DNA of 62,226 nucleotides from an uncultured Candidatus Saccharibacteria bacterium (GTDB taxonomy: Bacteria > Patescibacteriota > Minisyncoccia > Phycocordibacterales > UBA5272), in assembly GCA_964577655.1 (NCBI GenBank), contig CAZNZR010000001.1, forward strand, positions 1-62,226. Reading direction: 5' to 3'. The number at the start of each line of letters is the position of its first letter. Position 1 is the stretch's first letter. The notes beneath the pieces were generated by a model. That model was not told the origin of the DNA. It made no database searches and saw only the letters and a list, made by a program, of their open reading frames with translations. Positions 57,109 through 62,226 of the stretch are shown here, one piece after another. A program made the translations under genes and the position numbers.

Positions 57109-57525
57109 TTATTGAGTATATACTCCAATATAAAAATTCTTTAACATTCCTTCAATCTTCTTATTTCCACCATGTTGGCTACTAAATAAATCATTTCCAT
57201 TTTTTCCGCAGATGGCTAATATCTGTTCTCTTCCTCCTGGGTGCTTATCTACATAGCTAGTCAGATCATATACATTACCAAAAATATTAGACCAACAACT
57301 ACTTGCTGAATTATGACTACTTAGGTCAGATAAGGAAAAACTTTTTACTTCTGAGCCAACATTTGAGCTAGATGTGGAGATGTTATTATACAATTTCTCA
57401 GTATCATATTGCTGATATTCTGTATCAGTATATTCATAAGAATCTATCTCTTCTCTTCTATTAAAGAAGAAAGCTAACAATATAATTACTAATAAAGTAA
57501 GTATTAACAAAATTTTCTTTTTCAT
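57109..57525 (-). CDS. Membrane-anchored cytochrome b5-like heme-binding domain protein
   Basis: N-terminal anchor 'KKKILLILTLLVIILLAFFF'. b5 core 'VYDLTSYVDKHPGGREQILAICGKNGNDLFSSQHGG' has both axial His positions (HPGG and ...QHG). Confidence 0.75.
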   Translation of the reverse strand: MKKKILLILTLLVIILLAFFFNRREEIDSYEYTDTEYQQYDTEKLYNNISTSSSNVGSEVKSFSLSDLSSHNSASSCWSNIFGNVYDLTSYVDKHPGGREQILAICGKNGNDLFSSQHGGNKKIEGMLKNFYIGVYTQ

Positions 57526-57586
57526 ATTTTTATATATTATCTATATATAAAATAATAACATGAATTTATATAAATAAAATTAAAAA

Positions 57587-59314
57587 TTAAAACTTTCTTA
57601 AAAAAGATATATTTCTATTAAATTCTATATCCACATCTTCAATTAGGGGTACTTTTTTGCCAGGATTAAATATATTATTAGGATCAAAAATAGCTTTTAC
57701 TTTTTTAAAAAGACTAAGCATTTCTTCATCATACATATAATTCAAAAATGGGGTGCGTATTAATCCATCATTATGCTCTGCTGTAATAGAGCCTTTATAG
57801 TTCTTTACTAGACTATATATTTCATGACTTGCGTCTTTGATAATTTTAATATTTTTTATTTTATTTTCTTCAGTTTCAAAATTCATCAAAGGGATAATAT
57901 GTATATTACCCTCTCCTACATGTCCAGCTATAGTATAAAATAATTTATATTTTTCTAAAATCGGCACAAGCTCTGATAAAAACAATGACAAATCCTCTCC
58001 TTTAACAGCAATATCATCTACAAAAGGAGCCGTATGAAGACCATTTACTTTATTTCTTAAAAGATTAAAACTTTCTCTACGCATGATCCAATATTTCTCG
58101 GCCTCTATCTCCGTCTTTACTATCTCTGTAGAGACTTTACTTACTGTTCGCCTTATATCTTTTTCACACTTGTTTACAATATCGTAAAGTAGAATATCAT
58201 CATCGCCTTCGAATTCGGCTAAAAGTACTAACTTAGGAATACCAAATCTCAAAAGTAAAAAGGCTTCTTTCCAAAAAGAAAAAATAAGTCTAAAAAGATT
58301 TACCTTTTGCCCTTTGTTTTTCTTATGTATAAATATATTTCTTATAAGTAAAGGGAAAAATTTCATCGAGACTTTAAAAGTGTGCTCATCATAACTCTCA
58401 AAGCTGGAAGGCTTATAGTTCATGACTATATCTCTCGCTACTTTAATATCAGTCAAATCTTTTAAAAAAATTAATAATAATTTAGAATGTTTTTCTACCT
58501 TCTCTAAAGAGAGATGTATCTTAGAGACCAGCGCTAAAGTCCCTTGCGAGCCAACAATAAGCCTGGACAAATCAAAGACTTTTTCATCATTAATATCATA
58601 TATCACATCCCAGAGATAATAGCCTGCTGAATTTTTGGATACTTGGGGCTTATTACGATTTATAATATTCTTATTATTTTCATTCATAAGAAGTTCATAC
58701 ATTTCTTTGTATATTTTATCTTCTCGGCTAGCTTTGGATAAATCTAAATCAGACAGCCTAGCCTCTAAATCTTTAATCTTTATCGGAGAAAAATTGACTA
58801 TCTCACCATTAGAAAGCACACATTCTAAACCTTTAATATAATTAATAGTCTTTCCAAATCTCAAGCTCTTTTCCCCGCCAGAATTGTTCACTACCATACC
58901 ACCAATTGCACAAATCTCTCTTGAAGCTGGATAGCTGGGAAGAATTAGTTGATGCTTTAAGGTCTCCTTTTCAAAATCTCTATAAAATACACCTGGCTCT
59001 ACCACAGATTCTTTCTTTTCCTTTTCAATAGAAATTATTTTATTTAAATATTTTGTGAATGATAATACTACAGAATCAGTGACTGCTCCACCAGACATAT
59101 CTGTCCCACCACTTCTACAAGATATACTTAGATTTTTAGAATTATTGACTAAAGAACATACGAGTCTAATCTCATTCTTACTTTTTGGATAAATAACTAC
59201 CTTTGGAAACTTTTGGAAAAGGCTAGTATCTCGACTATTCTTTAACAGAATATTTTCATCAGTAGAATAATCAATGTTATTTTCTTTAAGTTTATCTAAA
59301 AAAGATTGTGGCAT
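57587..59314 (-). CDS. FAD-linked oxidase/dehydrogenase (GlcD / D-lactate dehydrogenase-like)
   Basis: FAD_binding_4 pattern 'PKVVIYPKSKNEIRLVCSLV...SCRSGGTDMSGGAV' and 'AIGGMVVNNSGG'. C-terminal 'ITAEHNDGLIR' and 'FDPNNIFNPGK'. Confidence 0.85.
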   Translation of the reverse strand: MPQSFLDKLKENNIDYSTDENILLKNSRDTSLFQKFPKVVIYPKSKNEIRLVCSLVNNSKNLSISCRSGGTDMSGGAVTDSVVLSFTKYLNKIISIEKEKKESVVEPGVFYRDFEKETLKHQLILPSYPASREICAIGGMVVNNSGGEKSLRFGKTINYIKGLECVLSNGEIVNFSPIKIKDLEARLSDLDLSKASREDKIYKEMYELLMNENNKNIINRNKPQVSKNSAGYYLWDVIYDINDEKVFDLSRLIVGSQGTLALVSKIHLSLEKVEKHSKLLLIFLKDLTDIKVARDIVMNYKPSSFESYDEHTFKVSMKFFPLLIRNIFIHKKNKGQKVNLFRLIFSFWKEAFLLLRFGIPKLVLLAEFEGDDDILLYDIVNKCEKDIRRTVSKVSTEIVKTEIEAEKYWIMRRESFNLLRNKVNGLHTAPFVDDIAVKGEDLSLFLSELVPILEKYKLFYTIAGHVGEGNIHIIPLMNFETEENKIKNIKIIKDASHEIYSLVKNYKGSITAEHNDGLIRTPFLNYMYDEEMLSLFKKVKAIFDPNNIFNPGKKVPLIEDVDIEFNRNISFLRKF

Positions 59315-59318
59315 GAAT

Positions 59319-60365
59319 TTATTTTAACGCAATCTTACTTATTTCTACTCTTGTCCAAGAATTTTCTTCGCTTTTGATTCTTATATTCCAATTATATATT
59401 TGGATTATATCTTTTACTATAGCAAAGCCGATACCAGTCCCAGATATCTGACTTTCTACATTAGACCCTCTCCAGAATCTATCCCCAACTTTAGCGATTT
59501 CTTTTCTATTAATACCCACTCCTGTATCAAAAAATATCAACTTAAGATGACTCTTACCAAAAACCTTGTGCTCAGATATAGATATCTTAACCTGTCCCTT
59601 TTCTGTAAATTTGAAACTATTAGAAAGTATATTATTAAATATTCTCTCCAGATGAAGCGGATTGGCCCTGATTAACTTTTCCCCGTCTAGATTTACTTCA
59701 ACTAGAGTCTCTACCTCTGGTTTTTTTATATAAGATAAATCTTCCAATACTTTTTCTAAAATTTTTCGTAATTTAGATATGGTAATATCTTCTACCTTAT
59801 CTTCTCCATATTTTATCCTTGCTTCAAAAAGCAAATCTTCTATAAGAGTCTTAATATTCTGAGTCTCTACCAATATAGAAGCTGTGCTAGCTTTAGATTT
59901 ATTAATAAAATGTTCATCATGTTGCCCTAATTCTTCTTTCTCTATTTTACTTAACAATATTTCTCCCTGCATATTTATAATAGATAATGGTGTACGAAGC
60001 TCATGGGAGATATTTTCAGCAAATCTTTTTTGAATATTAGAAAGATATTCTATCGGAGTAAGCATCTTCTTTACAAGTCTATCAAAAAAGAAAATAGAAA
60101 GAGAAAAAACTACAACATCTGATACTATAAGTAGAAATATCGTCTGACTTCTAAAATCAGCAAAAAGCTTCTCCACATTAACATAAGTCGCCACATCAGA
60201 ATTACGAAATACAGGAGAGATCTGATATATCAGATCTAAAGTAAGTAATTTATATATAGCGAAAGAAAAAAACCCTAAAATAAAAAAGAGAAAAAGAGAG
60301 GCTATAATATCAAGCTTAAATCTTGTCGATATAAAGAGATTATTATTAAGATTTTTATTTTTCAT
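59319..60365 (-). CDS. Sensor histidine kinase (two TM helices, short outer loop)
   Basis: H-box 'FAENISHELRTPLS', N-box 'NNILSNSFKF', G-boxes 'DTGVGI' and 'GTGIGFAIVKDI'. Confidence 0.85.
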   Translation of the reverse strand: MKNKNLNNNLFISTRFKLDIIASLFLFFILGFFSFAIYKLLTLDLIYQISPVFRNSDVATYVNVEKLFADFRSQTIFLLIVSDVVVFSLSIFFFDRLVKKMLTPIEYLSNIQKRFAENISHELRTPLSIINMQGEILLSKIEKEELGQHDEHFINKSKASTASILVETQNIKTLIEDLLFEARIKYGEDKVEDITISKLRKILEKVLEDLSYIKKPEVETLVEVNLDGEKLIRANPLHLERIFNNILSNSFKFTEKGQVKISISEHKVFGKSHLKLIFFDTGVGINRKEIAKVGDRFWRGSNVESQISGTGIGFAIVKDIIQIYNWNIRIKSEENSWTRVEISKIALK

Positions 60366-60396
60366 CTATTATTAATTATAACTCATTTAAAATTAT

Positions 60397-61161
60397 CTAA
60401 TCTAGTATGAGCCTATAGCCAGCGTGACGAATAGTCTCTACTCTACCTTTAAAATTATTCTTAAGGAGCTTACTTCTCAGATTATGAACATGCACATCCA
60501 CAAATCTGCTACTTGGCTTCTCATCTTCTTTCCATATTTTTTCTAAGATTGTCTCTTTACTTACAGGCTTGCCAGAAGAATCTAAAAGGATTTTAAAAAT
60601 ATTAGATTCTTTATTAGTAAGATCTATTTTTATTTCCTTTTCTTTATTTTTAAATATTATCTCTCCTAGACTCAAATTAAAAGAAAAATCTTTACTGTGA
60701 GCCCCACCTTGATAATCATTTTTCTGAGATAAATCTGATTCTGTATTATACATATTAGAAACTCCGGCTATATTATTCTGTAATATATTTCGTCTATATA
60801 AAGAGTGTATTCTAGCTACTAGCTCTTTCACATTAAAAGGCTTAACCATATAATCATCCGCACCGGCCGCCAAGCCAAAGACTTTATCTTCTACAGTATC
60901 TTTTGCGGTTAGTATTATTATTCCACTCTTTATACCAAGATTCTTAATTTCTCGCATAGTCTCTACTCCGTCTTGCATAGGCATCATCCTATCTAGGATT
61001 ATCACATCATACTCTTCGCCGTTTTTCTTTTTTAAATCTTTTACTTTAGAAAGAGCTTGGACACCATTAAAAGCCACATCAACACTGAAATTATTTTCTG
61101 TTAAGTATATTTTTATAGTCTCATTTAACTTTACATTATCCTCTACAACTAATATTTTCAT
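60397..61161 (-). CDS. OmpR-family response regulator
   Basis: Receiver 'MKILVVEDN', 'DVIILDRMMP', 'IIILTAKD', 'DDYMVKPF'. Winged helix 'VDVHVHNLRSKL...TIRHAGYRL'. Long linker insertion. Confidence 0.9.
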   Translation of the reverse strand: MKILVVEDNVKLNETIKIYLTENNFSVDVAFNGVQALSKVKDLKKKNGEEYDVIILDRMMPMQDGVETMREIKNLGIKSGIIILTAKDTVEDKVFGLAAGADDYMVKPFNVKELVARIHSLYRRNILQNNIAGVSNMYNTESDLSQKNDYQGGAHSKDFSFNLSLGEIIFKNKEKEIKIDLTNKESNIFKILLDSSGKPVSKETILEKIWKEDEKPSSRFVDVHVHNLRSKLLKNNFKGRVETIRHAGYRLILD

Positions 61162-61234
61162 ATTATTAATTATAGCAAATGTTAAGAAAATAAAAAGTGA
61201 CGACTTAACATATTACACTGATTAAGTGTAAATT

Positions 61235-62212
61235 TTATTCTTCTTCACTTGTACCAAATTCCCCTTTAAAATTGGTAAGAGCTTCTACTATCGGATCCAT
61301 CTCTCCGAGCATTATTTTTGGTAAGTTATGCCAAGACTCTTTTATCCTGTGATCAGTTATTCTATCTTGAGGGAAATTATAAGTGCGAATTTTTTCACTT
61401 CTATCCCCTGTGCCGACCTGCTCCCTCTTTGCTTCTACATTTTCTTTATTAAATTTTTCTTCTTCTTGACTATCGAGTCTCGCTTGAAGCATCTCCATCG
61501 CTCTCTCCCTATTTTTTAGCTGACTTCTCTCTATGGTACATTTAACGGCTATACCTGTAGGCTTGTGAATAAGTCTCACCGCTGTCTCTACTTTATTTAC
61601 ATTCTGACCTCCAGCTCCACCAGCCCTACTTGTCTCCATCTCAATATCAGCTGGATTAATAGTTATCTTCTTTATTTTTCTTATTGGCATTACTGATACT
61701 ACTACAGTAGAAGTATGCACACGGCCGTTCTTCTCCGTGTCTGGTACACGCTGCACGCGATGCACACCCATCTCATATTTAAAATTGTCCCACGCTGTTG
61801 CGCCTTTAATCTCAAAAGATACATCTTTATATCCACCAACATCAGATACACTCTCGTCTAATTTTTCAAAGCTACATTTATTTTTTAATGCATAATTCTG
61901 ATACATATTAGCTAGCTCTGCTGCAAAAAGTGAAGACTCATCTCCTCCTGCTCCAGCTGCTATTTCTAGTATCATAGCTTTTGGTTTTTCATCTTCTATT
62001 TTTTCTTTATCAAGTAATTCTGACATTTCTTTCCAAAGATTTTCTTTTTGCTCTCCTATATTTTTTAATTCCTCTTCTGCTATGCCCTTCATGTCAGGGT
62101 CAGATAATAGAGAATTAGCCTCTTCTTCTTTTTTTAAGAGGTCTTCGTATGCTGGATAAGATGTATACTTAGTCTTATCATTTTCTCTAAAGTCTTCTAA
62201 TGTATAGGCCAT
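61235..62212 (-). CDS. prfA: Peptide chain release factor 1
   Basis: '[24 protein letters not shown]' (GGQ). The RF1-type tripeptide region '[18 protein letters not shown]' is PxT with no SPF. Confidence 0.9.
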   Translation of the reverse strand: MAYTLEDFRENDKTKYTSYPAYEDLLKKEEEANSLLSDPDMKGIAEEELKNIGEQKENLWKEMSELLDKEKIEDEKPKAMILEIAAGAGGDESSLFAAELANMYQNYALKNKCSFEKLDESVSDVGGYKDVSFEIKGATAWDNFKYEMGVHRVQRVPDTEKNGRVHTSTVVVSVMPIRKIKKITINPADIEMETSRAGGAGGQNVNKVETAVRLIHKPTGIAVKCTIERSQLKNRERAMEMLQARLDSQEEEKFNKENVEAKREQVGTGDRSEKIRTYNFPQDRITDHRIKESWHNLPKIMLGEMDPIVEALTNFKGEFGTSEEE

Positions 62213-62226
62213 ATATTTATATTAAT

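Noticed and set aside
1-62226. Alternative genetic code (UGA as Gly or Trp), CRISPR arrays, IS elements, integrases, prophage
   Set aside because: All long conserved ORFs are uninterrupted under the standard code, and Trp uses TGG. I saw no spaced direct-repeat arrays, no transposase, recombinase or integrase motifs, and no phage structural genes.

Overview
Strongly AT-rich (about 30% GC by eye), gene-dense chromosomal segment with about 57 CDS and 2 tRNAs, mostly on the minus strand. It is almost entirely housekeeping: smc, topA, rel, parB, miaA, gatB, obg, the dnaG-rpoD operon, rpoB-rpoC, mnmA, mltG, leuS, a SUF Fe-S cluster, uvrA, uvrB, tgt, a non-oxidative pentose-phosphate operon, nrdDG, gap, a two-component pair and prfA. 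Class III RNR, SufU-type SUF, fermentative core metabolism, no respiratory genes and many core enzymes carrying insertions suggest a small-genome bacterium, possibly Patescibacteria/CPR. That placement is an inference, not shown by the sequence. I found no rRNA, CRISPR array, transposase, integrase or obvious defence island. Signals are simple. There are several near-consensus TTGACA/TTGCAT-N17-TATAAT promoters and clean AAAA-stem-loop-TTTT bidirectional terminators. I saw no Shine-Dalgarno motifs, and stops are almost exclusively TAA/TAG. The most unusual object is the 1139-aa leucyl-tRNA synthetase. It carries two in-frame foreign modules: an ASCH/PUA-like module at the entry to the CP1 editing domain, and a complete-looking class I SAM-methyltransferase module just before the RETNTM/SSWYYLRY segment. 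Secondary curiosities include: a SUF operon with SufS-SufU-SufC but no SufB/SufD, where an NTF2-like gene is translationally coupled to sufC; a split transketolase that has lost its ThDP motifs; an FAD-oxidase gene followed by a membrane-anchored cytochrome b5-domain gene; a signal-peptide beta-rich protein; an ATPase-less membrane protein paired with a sigma-region-4/HARE-HTH protein; an orphan ClpP-like protease; and a perfect 24-bp palindrome in the rpoB leader.
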